Shown here: piece by piece, positions 49,968-59,389 of the stretch
How positions within the stretch are numbered: the stretch's first letter is position 1
Layout of the letters: each line of letters opens with the position of its first letter
Assembly: GCA_963665095.1 (NCBI GenBank)
Contig: OY762069.1
Span: 128,001-192,000 of the forward strand
Length of the DNA stretch: 64,000 nt
Source: an uncultured Desulfobacter sp.
GTDB lineage: Bacteria; Desulfobacterota; Desulfobacteria; Desulfobacterales; Desulfobacteraceae
Direction of reading: 5' to 3'
Notes under the pieces: generated by a model
The model's database searches: none
Told to the model about the DNA's origin: nothing
The model's input: only the letters and a program-made list of their open reading frames with translations
Program-made: the position numbers and the translations under genes

Positions 49968-51689
49968 ATGGAGGCCAAGATGGAAGCATTAACCCAGTCC
50001 TATATCAGTTATGATCCTGCCTGGGGTATCCGCCCGACCCCGGAAGCCACCCCCATGACCACCTATGATATGTTCCGTAGAAATGCACTCAAGTTTCCGT
50101 CAAAGCCTGCCCTGATTTTTCTGGATAATGTGATTTCCTACAGCCAGCTGAACAACATGATTGAATCTTTTGCCGCAGGCCTTATTTCCCTGGGTGTCAA
50201 AAAGGGAGACCGGGTGGGTGCCGTGCTGCCTAACTGCCCCCAGCATGTGATTGTATTTCTGGCCGCCAACCGCATCGGGGCCATACATGTGCCGGCCAAT
50301 GTCATGTACGAGGGTGAGGAACTCAGACATATTTTTACCGATTCAGAACCCAAAGTCGTGATCACCCTGGACCTTTTTCTGGCCAATGTCCAGAATGTAA
50401 TGACAGGCACGGTTATTGAAAAAATCATCGTCACGGGAATCGACGATTTTTTAACCTTTCCCAAGGCCCAGCTCTACAGACTGAAAACCCGGCTTGAAGG
50501 CATCCGGGTCAAAACGGTGAATGAGGTACCCTGCCTGAAATTCAAGAATCTGCTTAAAACAGATGCAGGTTCCCTGCCTGCGGGCCCGGGCAAAGAAGCG
50601 TTTGACGATACCATGCTCATTCTCTACACCGCCGGCACCACAGGCAAAAGCAAAGGAGTGATGCTCACCCACAGAAACTTTGTATATAACGCAGGCAACC
50701 AGGCCGAGAATTTTGACATGACCGATAAAGACGTGAACCTGGTGCTTTTCCCCATGTTTCATATTTCCGGATATCTTCTGGCCACCATCTGCATGTTTTA
50801 CGGCGGGGGCACCACCATTCTTGAACCCCGCTTTGATGCGGCCCGGTACATCAAGATTCTTGATAAGTACAAAGTGTCGGTTTTTTTTGCGCCACCCACA
50901 GTGTATGTGGCCTTTTTCAGTCTGCCGGATTTTAACAGCTATAATCTGTCACACTTGCGGGTCGGCGGGGCGTCCGGCGCTCCGGTACCCCCTGCCATCC
51001 AGGAAAAATGGAATAAAATTACAGGCCTGCCCCTGCTCAATGGATACGGGCTCACCGAAACCACGGCAGGCGCCATTGTCTCCCTGCCCAACAAGGTCAA
51101 CCATGATGCCATTGGCGTGCCCATCGGCGGAGAGGTAAAGATTGTGGATGACCAGGGCAATATTGTGCCCTTAGGGGAAAAAGGCGAAATTCTGTTCAAG
51201 GGCCCCCAGGTGGCAAAGGGGTACTGGAGCCTGCCGGAAAAAACGGCTGAAACCTTTGAAAACGGCTGGCTGCACACCGGTGATATCGGCACCATGGATG
51301 AAGAGGGATTTATTTTTTTCGTGGACAGGGAAAAGGATCTGATCATTGCATCGGCCTATAACATAGCCCCGGCTGAAGTGGAGGCGGTGTTAATGAAACA
51401 CGAGGCCATCCAGGAGGTGGCCGTGATCGGTGTGCCTGACGAATACCGGGGAGAGACGGTCAAAGCCTTTGTCGTTCTGGAAGAAGCGGCCAAAGGCAAC
51501 ATAACGGAAAATGAAATCATCGCCTATGGTAAGGAAAATATGGCGGCCTATAAATATCCCAGAAAGGTGGAGTTCATTGATGCGCTTCCCAAATCTCCCA
51601 TTCAAAAGGTGCTGCGCAAGGAGCTACGGGATCTTGAGGCCCGGCGTAGAAAGGACCGGGAAGAATTTATGCGCAACAGTTCCAAGTGA
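49968..51689 (+). CDS. Long-chain-fatty-acid--CoA ligase (AMP-binding)
   Basis: YTAGTTGKSKG, GYGLTE, LHTGDIG, DREKDLI, LPKSPIQK. Confidence 0.92.
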   Translation: MEAKMEALTQSYISYDPAWGIRPTPEATPMTTYDMFRRNALKFPSKPALIFLDNVISYSQLNNMIESFAAGLISLGVKKGDRVGAVLPNCPQHVIVFLAANRIGAIHVPANVMYEGEELRHIFTDSEPKVVITLDLFLANVQNVMTGTVIEKIIVTGIDDFLTFPKAQLYRLKTRLEGIRVKTVNEVPCLKFKNLLKTDAGSLPAGPGKEAFDDTMLILYTAGTTGKSKGVMLTHRNFVYNAGNQAENFDMTDKDVNLVLFPMFHISGYLLATICMFYGGGTTILEPRFDAARYIKILDKYKVSVFFAPPTVYVAFFSLPDFNSYNLSHLRVGGASGAPVPPAIQEKWNKITGLPLLNGYGLTETTAGAIVSLPNKVNHDAIGVPIGGEVKIVDDQGNIVPLGEKGEILFKGPQVAKGYWSLPEKTAETFENGWLHTGDIGTMDEEGFIFFVDREKDLIIASAYNIAPAEVEAVLMKHEAIQEVAVIGVPDEYRGETVKAFVVLEEAAKGNITENEIIAYGKENMAAYKYPRKVEFIDALPKSPIQKVLRKELRDLEARRRKDREEFMRNSSK

Positions 51690-51727
51690 TGGTCTGATTT
51701 GTCAATATTGATGGAAAAGGATAATAA

Positions 51728-53272
51728 ATGGCTTTTGAAAATATGATGGAAGCGTGGGAGGGAAAGCGGGCTGCCGCTCTGATGATGGGCGGACCGGATA
51801 AGGTTGAAAAACAGCATGCCAAGGGCAGACTCACCGCCCGGGAGCGTATAGATAACCTGCTGGATGAGGGGTCCTTTTTTGAGTTCGGGATGCTGGCCAC
51901 CTCGGATCTGCCGGGCATGGAAGACCGGACCCCGGCAGACGGCCTGATCCTGGGATACGGCACCATGGCGGGCCGGGAAGTCGGGGTGATTGCCAATGAT
52001 TTTACCGTGCTTGCCTCCACCAATGCCCGGATTAATCTCAAAAAAATGCTCCAGTTCAAAGCCCAGATCAAAAAAAGCCGGATTCCACTGATCTGGCTTG
52101 GGGAGGCCGGCGGGGCCCGGATGCCGGACTGCCAGGGGGCCAAAAATATCTGTACTTTGGGCGGGGGCGGCACCCACTCCCTGTTTCCTGAATACACCCA
52201 TTTCAGGGAGATGCCCTTTGTCATGGCAGCCATGGGCGAATGCTACGGGGTGCCTGATTTCGAGGCCATGCTGGCGGACTGCGTGATTCAGGTCAAGGGC
52301 AGTGTACTCTCCATCTCCGGGCCGAGAGCGCTGAACCGTGCCATTGGCCAGGTCCATACCGGAGAAGAGATGGGCGGCTGGGAGGTCCATGATACCATCA
52401 CAGGTATCTGCGACCGGGTGGCCAAAGACGAGCCCCACTGCTTTGAGCTGATCAAAAAGTTTTTAAGCTATATGCCGGACTCCAACCGGAAACGGCCGGC
52501 CCGGCTGCCCGTGCCTGACAATTCAGGGCGGAATATGGATGACATCCTGTCGGTGCTGCCGGAAAAACGGACCAGGACCTATGACATGCGAAAGCTGATC
52601 CAGTATATGGTGGACGGGGAGGAGATCTTTGAACTCAAACCCAATTTCGGCAAAATGCTTGTCACATGTCTTGCCCGCATTGATGGTGAGGTTGTCGGGA
52701 TTATTGCCAATAACCCACTATATAATGTCGGCGCCATGGATACAGACGGCCTGGAAAAGCATACCAGTTTTCTGTGCCTGTGTGATTCCTTTAACATCCC
52801 CATTATTTTTCTGCATGACACACCCGGTCACATGGTGGGAAAAGAGGCCGAGCATAAACGGGTGGGAGCCAGGGTGGTGAACAATCTCCAGGCCCTGTGC
52901 CAGGTCACGGTTCCCAAGATTGCCATTGTGATCCGCAAATCCTATGGCCAGGCCGCCGTAAACATGTGCGGCCCCGGAATCGGCCCGGATTATTTTGTCT
53001 CCTGGCCCACCGGAGAGTTGGGCTTCATGGAGCCCACCATTGCCGTCGACGTGGTATTCGGCTCCCTTCCCGAGCAGGATAAAAAAATTTTTCTGGATCA
53101 GATGATTTCAGATCTATCCCCCTATCCGGCAGCCCGGGACTATTTTCTTCAGGATATCATTGACCCCAGACAAACCCGGAACTACCTGGCCCGGGTGCTG
53201 GCCGTGATCCGGGCCTCGGACAGCGGCGGGATAGGGGAACACCGGCTTGCCAACTGGCCCACCAAATTTTAA
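51728..53272 (+). CDS. Acyl-CoA carboxylase/decarboxylase carboxyltransferase subunit
   Basis: GRLTARERIDNLLDEGSF, DFTV, GGARM, DTPG, RKSYG, IIDPRQTR. Confidence 0.92.
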   Translation: MAFENMMEAWEGKRAAALMMGGPDKVEKQHAKGRLTARERIDNLLDEGSFFEFGMLATSDLPGMEDRTPADGLILGYGTMAGREVGVIANDFTVLASTNARINLKKMLQFKAQIKKSRIPLIWLGEAGGARMPDCQGAKNICTLGGGGTHSLFPEYTHFREMPFVMAAMGECYGVPDFEAMLADCVIQVKGSVLSISGPRALNRAIGQVHTGEEMGGWEVHDTITGICDRVAKDEPHCFELIKKFLSYMPDSNRKRPARLPVPDNSGRNMDDILSVLPEKRTRTYDMRKLIQYMVDGEEIFELKPNFGKMLVTCLARIDGEVVGIIANNPLYNVGAMDTDGLEKHTSFLCLCDSFNIPIIFLHDTPGHMVGKEAEHKRVGARVVNNLQALCQVTVPKIAIVIRKSYGQAAVNMCGPGIGPDYFVSWPTGELGFMEPTIAVDVVFGSLPEQDKKIFLDQMISDLSPYPAARDYFLQDIIDPRQTRNYLARVLAVIRASDSGGIGEHRLANWPTKF

Positions 53273-53559
53273 TCTGATCTGCAATTGCCATAATAAGGCC
53301 AATATAAGCGCCAGGTTCTAAAAAATCAATTAAATGGACTTGCAAGCCTGGCCATTTTTTTATTGACACGGTTTGGGGAATAAGGGAATAAAGTCCTATA
53401 TCCTTGAAGTGTCAAAAAGGATACTCGCGCTTCATGAAAGAAATATAAGCGCATCATTAAAGTTAATTACCAGATCAGATCCTGACCCGGGAAATACCAG
53501 GGCTCAGGCACGCTGAATGTTTGCCTTATACACAGTAAGTGTGATAAGAAAGTCGGATT

Positions 53560-54318
53560 ATGACTCAGATTATCAGTATTGCCAATCAGAAAGGCGGGGT
53601 GGGCAAAACCACTACAGCTGTTAATTTAGCTGCATCCCTTGCCAAATTGAAAAAAAAAGTGCTGCTTGTGGATTGTGATTCCCAGGCCAATGCCACAACG
53701 GCACTTGGCGTGGACAAGCCCGGCCTTGAAGCATCCCTGTACGACGGGCTGATTGGTGAAGCCGGTCTTGAAGATATGCTTTTGCCCACCATGCTGCCGG
53801 GGCTGACCCTGGTGCCTGCCAATGTCGATCTCATCGGGTTTGAGGTGGAGATGATGTCGGCCCCCAGACGCGAGGCCCGGTTAAAGGAGCTTCTCTTCCC
53901 TGTGGCCGACAAGTATGATTTCATTATTATTGACTGTCCGCCAGCGTTAAGCCTTCTGACGCTTAATGCGTTTTCCGCCAGCAATTCCATCGTTATTCCC
54001 CTGCAAAGTGAATTTTTTGCCCTTGAAGGACTGGGGCAGCTTTTAGATACAATCAAGCGAATCAAGAACGCATTTAACCCAAGCCTTATGATTAAGGGTA
54101 TTTTGCTGACCATGTTTGACCGGCGGACCAATCTGTCCCAGAACGTGGTGGATGATGCCAGGCAATATTTTAAAGACCTGGTATTCAAAACCAAGATTCC
54201 ACGTAATGTCAAGTTGGCGGAATCCCCCAGTTACGGTCTGCCGGTTGTTCTGTATGATAAGACATCACCAGGTGCTAAAAGTTATATCGCCTTTGCCAGG
54301 GAACTTTTGAAACGATGA
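53560..54318 (+). CDS. parA: Chromosome partitioning ATPase ParA/Soj
   Basis: NQKGGVGKTTT, IDCPP, IPRNVKLAESPSYG. Confidence 0.95.
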   Translation: MTQIISIANQKGGVGKTTTAVNLAASLAKLKKKVLLVDCDSQANATTALGVDKPGLEASLYDGLIGEAGLEDMLLPTMLPGLTLVPANVDLIGFEVEMMSAPRREARLKELLFPVADKYDFIIIDCPPALSLLTLNAFSASNSIVIPLQSEFFALEGLGQLLDTIKRIKNAFNPSLMIKGILLTMFDRRTNLSQNVVDDARQYFKDLVFKTKIPRNVKLAESPSYGLPVVLYDKTSPGAKSYIAFARELLKR

Positions 54319-55184
54319 TGAATAAGAAACGGAAAAACACCGGTCTGGGCCGGGGAATCTCAGCACTTATTCCCGACCTGGACAAACCTGAATCTGCCTC
54401 GGATTTCTTCTTTTGTGATTGCGATAAGTTAAGTCCCAACCGCTATCAGCCCAGAACCCGGTTCAGTGAGGAGGAACAGACGCGGCTCACCCAGTCCATT
54501 GCCCAGCAGGGGGTGCTTCAGCCCCTGTTAGCCAGAAAGATGGACGGGGCCTATGAACTGATTGCCGGAGAGCGGCGCCTTCGGGCGGCGAGAGCCGCAG
54601 GGCTTGCCCAGGTGCCGGTCATTATCCTGGACCTCACCGACGAGCAGGTACTTGAAGTCTCCATTATCGAAAATATCCAAAGGGAAAACCTCAATGTGCT
54701 GGAGGAGGCGGAAGCCTATTTCAGGCTCATTGACGAGTTTGGGTATACCCAGGAAAAGGTGGCGGAAAAAATCGGCAAAAACCGTTCCACCATTGCCAAT
54801 CTGCTGCGGCTGCGCTGTCTGCCCGAAGAGATCAAGGAGAGCCTGATTGCCGAAAAAATCAGCATGGGCCATGCAAGAGCCCTCCTTGGGGCAGGATCTG
54901 AAGAAAATCAAATTTATCTCTTCAAACAGGTGGTGGAGCGGCATCTCTCTGTCCGTGAAACCGAACGTCTTGTCAATCAGGCAAAAAAACAGCCCCATAA
55001 AATAGCCAGAAAAATTACGGCAGACGAAAAACAGTTTCTTGAAGAAGCGTCAACCCAGATCTCTTCCAGGATCAACTCGCCTGTCTCCATAAAGAAAAAC
55101 GGCGGCCGCGGAAAAATTGAAATTAAATTTTCCTCCGGTGCCGAGTTCAACCGTCTGCTTGAATTGTTAAGCCGGATTTCATGA
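54315..55184 (+). CDS. parB: Chromosome partitioning protein ParB/Spo0J
   Basis: [30 protein letters not shown]. Confidence 0.95.
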   Translation: MMNKKRKNTGLGRGISALIPDLDKPESASDFFFCDCDKLSPNRYQPRTRFSEEEQTRLTQSIAQQGVLQPLLARKMDGAYELIAGERRLRAARAAGLAQVPVIILDLTDEQVLEVSIIENIQRENLNVLEEAEAYFRLIDEFGYTQEKVAEKIGKNRSTIANLLRLRCLPEEIKESLIAEKISMGHARALLGAGSEENQIYLFKQVVERHLSVRETERLVNQAKKQPHKIARKITADEKQFLEEASTQISSRINSPVSIKKNGGRGKIEIKFSSGAEFNRLLELLSRIS

Positions 55185-56896
55185 AAATTTCAATAGCCAG
55201 GACAGCCGGTTTCTGCATGGGGGTTCGCAGGGCTGTGGATATGGTTCTGGATGCCTCAAATAAGGCCCAAAAACCCATTTTTACCTATGGGCCTCTGATC
55301 CATAACCCCCAGGTCCTGGAGATGCTGGAAAGCAAACAAATCTTCAGGATGGATACCATCCCGGAATCCGGTAAAGGCATTGCGCTTATCCGTGCCCACG
55401 GGGTCCCGCCTGAAGATGAAAAGGCCCTGTCTGACGCCGGATTTACAGTGGTCAATGCCACCTGCCCCCGGGTGGTCCGGGTCCAGGTGATCATTGAAAA
55501 ATATGCTAAAAAAGGCTTTGATACTATTATCCTTGGAGAGGATAAGCATCCTGAGGTGATCGGTCTGCTTGGCTATGCCGGGGGGAAAGGTCACACCATT
55601 GCATCTATAGACGAGCTTGATGCACTTCCAAAGTTTGAAAAAGCCGTGGTGGTAGCCCAGACCACCCAGAACACCCGCCTGTTCGAGCAGGTCAAAGCCT
55701 GGTGTTACAGTCATGCTCCGCACTATGAAATCTTTGACACCATTTGCGACTCTACGGAAAAACGCCAGAACGAGGTTCGGGAGCTTGCAAAAAATCATGA
55801 TGCTGTGATTGTTGTCGGCGGAAAATTCAGCGGGAATACAAAGCGGCTGGCCCAGGTGGCAGCAGAAACCGGAAAAGTATCCATGCATATTGAAGAGGCT
55901 TCTGAAATTGATTATAAAAGCCTTTCCCATGCACGCGCCATTGCCATTACCGCAGGCGCCTCCACACCCAGCTGGATAATCAGTGATACCTGCCGCCAGG
56001 TGGAGCAGGCCTTTAGAAAAAAACGGCCAATGCTGGCAATGCTCATGGCTGTTACCGCAGTGTTGATGCGAACCAATCTTTTATTGGCAGTGGGGGCTGC
56101 GGCAATGACCTGGGGCACTGCCATGATGTCAGGTCTGCCCACTCCTTTAGTGCCATCTGTCATTGCCATGCTTTATATCCTGTCCATGCAGATCATGAAC
56201 AATATGATGACTATTCGGTCCGATACCTACAATAAGCCGGACCGGGCCGCCTTCTATAAAAATAACATGGTATGGCTGCTGCTGGTGGCGTTTCTGTCCG
56301 GTATGGCGGGGTTATACCTGGCCTGGACAAGAGGGGCGCTTTATTTCTGGGTGCTATTTATCATGAGCCTTTTGGGGATGTCCTACAACCGGAGGGTTTT
56401 TCCCTCTTTGCTGTCGGGCCTGTCCGGCCACCGTATCTCACGAATCAAGGACGTGCCTGCCTCAAAAACCGTTCTCATTGCTGCTGCCTGGGGTATTGTT
56501 ACAACGCTTTTGCCCGGCATTGCCTGTGGCTGCGCATGGGGGCTGACCCTGATCTCCTTTATTTTTGCCACAGGAATCGTGTTTTCACGGACCGCTTTTG
56601 TGGATATCCTGGCCATTCAGGGGGACCGGATTGCGGGCAAGGAGACCCTGCCCATTCTCATTGGAAGAAAAAAAAGCCTGGCTCTGATCCAGTATGCTCT
56701 TGGCGGAACCACGATTCTACCTCTGGTTCTTGGCTTTGTACGGCCGGTTTCAACTGCAGCTCTGGCGCTGATACCGGCTTTCATGTTTTTTTTGATAAGA
56801 CAGTTTAAAAAGCATAATGATATTTCAGCTGACCTTTATGAATTTTTGTTTGAGTTGTCCTTGCTGATGGCTGGAATCATTGCCGTTTTAAGTTAA
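55181..56896 (+). CDS. ispH: IspH (HMBPP reductase) fused to a UbiA-like prenyltransferase membrane domain
   Basis: AGFCMGV, IRAHG, ATCP, HPEV, QTT, ICDST, SGNT, AGASTP; C-terminal multi-TM domain with DILAIQGD...GKETLP. Confidence 0.92.
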   Translation: MKISIARTAGFCMGVRRAVDMVLDASNKAQKPIFTYGPLIHNPQVLEMLESKQIFRMDTIPESGKGIALIRAHGVPPEDEKALSDAGFTVVNATCPRVVRVQVIIEKYAKKGFDTIILGEDKHPEVIGLLGYAGGKGHTIASIDELDALPKFEKAVVVAQTTQNTRLFEQVKAWCYSHAPHYEIFDTICDSTEKRQNEVRELAKNHDAVIVVGGKFSGNTKRLAQVAAETGKVSMHIEEASEIDYKSLSHARAIAITAGASTPSWIISDTCRQVEQAFRKKRPMLAMLMAVTAVLMRTNLLLAVGAAAMTWGTAMMSGLPTPLVPSVIAMLYILSMQIMNNMMTIRSDTYNKPDRAAFYKNNMVWLLLVAFLSGMAGLYLAWTRGALYFWVLFIMSLLGMSYNRRVFPSLLSGLSGHRISRIKDVPASKTVLIAAAWGIVTTLLPGIACGCAWGLTLISFIFATGIVFSRTAFVDILAIQGDRIAGKETLPILIGRKKSLALIQYALGGTTILPLVLGFVRPVSTAALALIPAFMFFLIRQFKKHNDISADLYEFLFELSLLMAGIIAVLS

Positions 56897-56933
56897 TAAA
56901 AGTTCCGTTTTAAAAAGGGGCTTTGGAGAGATC

Positions 56934-59273
56934 ATGGCAAACGGTTCACACAAAAAACAGGCTGTTCCCTTAATCGGTATTCTGGCTGTTAAAAATCAGT
57001 TTATCAATCAGGAACAACTGAATCAGATTCTTGCCCAATGCAGGGGCAAGGGGGTTAAGGTTTCTGAAGATGATTTTAAAAAAAGACTTCTTTCCACCGG
57101 ATTGATTTCACAAAAAAATATTCACCGTCTCTCTGTAGCCGTCAGAGCCATTTTCATCCACCGGGAAGAGCACCGGTTCGGGGCCATCGCACTGGCTAAA
57201 GGGTTTGTCAACAAAAGTGTGCTGGATCTGGCGCTTGAGGACCAGAAAGTTTCTATCAAAAAAGGGAAAAAGCCCAGGCTTATAGGGGACATGATGGTGG
57301 AGGCCGGACTTTTAACCCCCAAGCAGCGAGACTATATTCTTAAGCTTCAAAAACGTTCTGCCAGGACAAATATGGGCGACCTGCCAAAAGTCAGCGCAGA
57401 ATCCCCAAATGCCAAAGAAGGATCAAAAAAATCTGCCCGGGAAAAAGATCCGCACAGCCACACTGAAAGCAAGCGGTCCTCCTCCGGCACCCGACAGGAT
57501 GACGCCAGCGGCGGAAGGCCGGACGTCCCGAAAAATCAGGAAGCTGTTCTGAACTCGGAAACCGCTACAAGTGCGGACAGGGTTCAGGACGTAGACACGG
57601 TTTCCTCTTTGACATCTGATAATCAGTCAAGGGCTCTTAGGGAACCGGAAACACCTGAGGAACCAGGTCCCGAGCAGGTACAGACAGAACCGGCCAAAGA
57701 GATTGGTGACGGTATCCAGCTTTTCGTGGCTGAAGATCACCTGTCTGCCTATTTATCCAAAACCCTGGAAGTTGACCCTGACATGTCGGCTGTGACGCTT
57801 CGTACTGCCCTGGCAGAGGAAAAGATTGTTTCCGGCCTGGTAGATGATGACCGGATTGTTGCCTTTATCCGTGCGCCTATCCTGGAGGCTGCCTTTTTCA
57901 AAATCGCCCAGGGGACAGCGCCCATCCATGGAAAAGAGAGTCGAACCGAATATTTTTTCAGCACCGAATATCTGAAAGCCGGGGGAATGGATGAGGACGG
58001 CAATATCGATTTCAAACAGCGGGGAATCACCCCCCTGGTGGAAAAAGGCACGGTCCTGGCTGAAAAGATTGCCGGCGCCCCGCCTAAGCCGGGTATGGAT
58101 ATCCACGGCAATACCATTCCCGGCCGAAGTCCCGCAGACAAACCTTTGAGTTTCGGTACAGGTGCTACCCTGTCCGAAGATGGCCGGAAGGTGCTCGCAA
58201 CGGTCCGGGGGTACCCTAAACTGACCCTTTCAGGCGTAATTGCCGTCCATGAGGCGTTCATCACAAAAGGGGATGTTGATTATGAAACCGGCCATGTTAA
58301 ATTTGACGGCAACATCCGTGTAAAGGGCCGCATTAAATCGGGATTTATGGTGCGTGGATCTGATATTACAGCGGCTGAACTGGACGGTGGCATTGTGGAG
58401 GCGGACGGGGATCTCACCGTTACCCATGGAATTAACGGGGCAAAGGTGTATGCCCGGGGCAATGTCTATGCCGAGTTTATTAATGATTCCAGGGTCGTTT
58501 GCATGGGAGATGTGTTTGTCAAAAAAGAGATTGTGGATGCAGAGATTGAATGTTCCGGGGCCTGTTCCGTTATTAATGGCCGGCTGATATCAAGCAAGGT
58601 GTCTGCCAAAATGGGGGTCATGGCCCAGAGCATTGGTACCCCCACCGCCATCCCGTCAACCATTACAGTGGGGCATGATGCTTTTCTGGTACTGGAATTG
58701 GAAAAAAACAGACTTGAAATCGAGAATGTGAAAAAAATCATTCATACCCAGAATAAAGTAGTGGAAACCGTCAAGAAGCAGATGGATGAACTGCAGCAGG
58801 AGATAACCCGTCTGGCCCATATCCAGGAACAGGCAGAGCAGGAACTCCAGAAAGTTGAAGCAGAGTTGTCGTCTGTTACCGGCAAAGCTGAAGAAAAAAG
58901 ACTGCGCAGCCACTTGGAAAAATTGAAAAAAAGTGTGGCTGCAACAGAACAAAAAATCCAGCTTTGTTTTGATCAAAGCGAAGATATGGAAGAGCAGATA
59001 GGAACAGCGGATCTCGATATTGCTCAGCTGGAGATCGAGGAATCAGTCCTGGATCAGGAGCGTAAAAATCTGATCAGCTGGTCTGAACAGAATCCGGGTA
59101 AGCCCCGGGTGATTGTCAATGCGGAAATGGTGCCGGGAACAGTGATTATCGGGAAACACAGCCAGATAACAACCGACACCCAGATACGCCATGCCAGGGT
59201 GACAGAGTTGCCTGTTACGCCCGTGAATGAGGGTGATCCGGTTGCCTATCAGATGAAGATTGGCAATTTTTAA
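56934..59273 (+). CDS. FapA/DUF342 family protein with N-terminal MshEN-like repeats
   Basis: GNIDFK, VEKGTVLAEK, GDVDYETGHVKFDG, beta-helix and coiled coil; N-terminal xxGxxxxxxGxxxxxxLxxxLxxQ-type repeats. Confidence 0.82.
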   Translation: MANGSHKKQAVPLIGILAVKNQFINQEQLNQILAQCRGKGVKVSEDDFKKRLLSTGLISQKNIHRLSVAVRAIFIHREEHRFGAIALAKGFVNKSVLDLALEDQKVSIKKGKKPRLIGDMMVEAGLLTPKQRDYILKLQKRSARTNMGDLPKVSAESPNAKEGSKKSAREKDPHSHTESKRSSSGTRQDDASGGRPDVPKNQEAVLNSETATSADRVQDVDTVSSLTSDNQSRALREPETPEEPGPEQVQTEPAKEIGDGIQLFVAEDHLSAYLSKTLEVDPDMSAVTLRTALAEEKIVSGLVDDDRIVAFIRAPILEAAFFKIAQGTAPIHGKESRTEYFFSTEYLKAGGMDEDGNIDFKQRGITPLVEKGTVLAEKIAGAPPKPGMDIHGNTIPGRSPADKPLSFGTGATLSEDGRKVLATVRGYPKLTLSGVIAVHEAFITKGDVDYETGHVKFDGNIRVKGRIKSGFMVRGSDITAAELDGGIVEADGDLTVTHGINGAKVYARGNVYAEFINDSRVVCMGDVFVKKEIVDAEIECSGACSVINGRLISSKVSAKMGVMAQSIGTPTAIPSTITVGHDAFLVLELEKNRLEIENVKKIIHTQNKVVETVKKQMDELQQEITRLAHIQEQAEQELQKVEAELSSVTGKAEEKRLRSHLEKLKKSVAATEQKIQLCFDQSEDMEEQIGTADLDIAQLEIEESVLDQERKNLISWSEQNPGKPRVIVNAEMVPGTVIIGKHSQITTDTQIRHARVTELPVTPVNEGDPVAYQMKIGNF

Positions 59274-59389
59274 CCAGCTGTAGACGCCGGTCCGGTCCCA
59301 ACCACCTTGGCCACTGCAAATTCGGTCTGATTTCGTCTGCCATCTAATTGGAAGGTGGTTTCTTAAAACGAATACCGTCAGCTAAGCGG

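Noticed and set aside
53280..55184. parS site or replication origin near parAB
   Set aside because: I saw no TGTTTCACGTGAAACA-like palindrome, DnaA-box cluster or dnaA/gidA genes.
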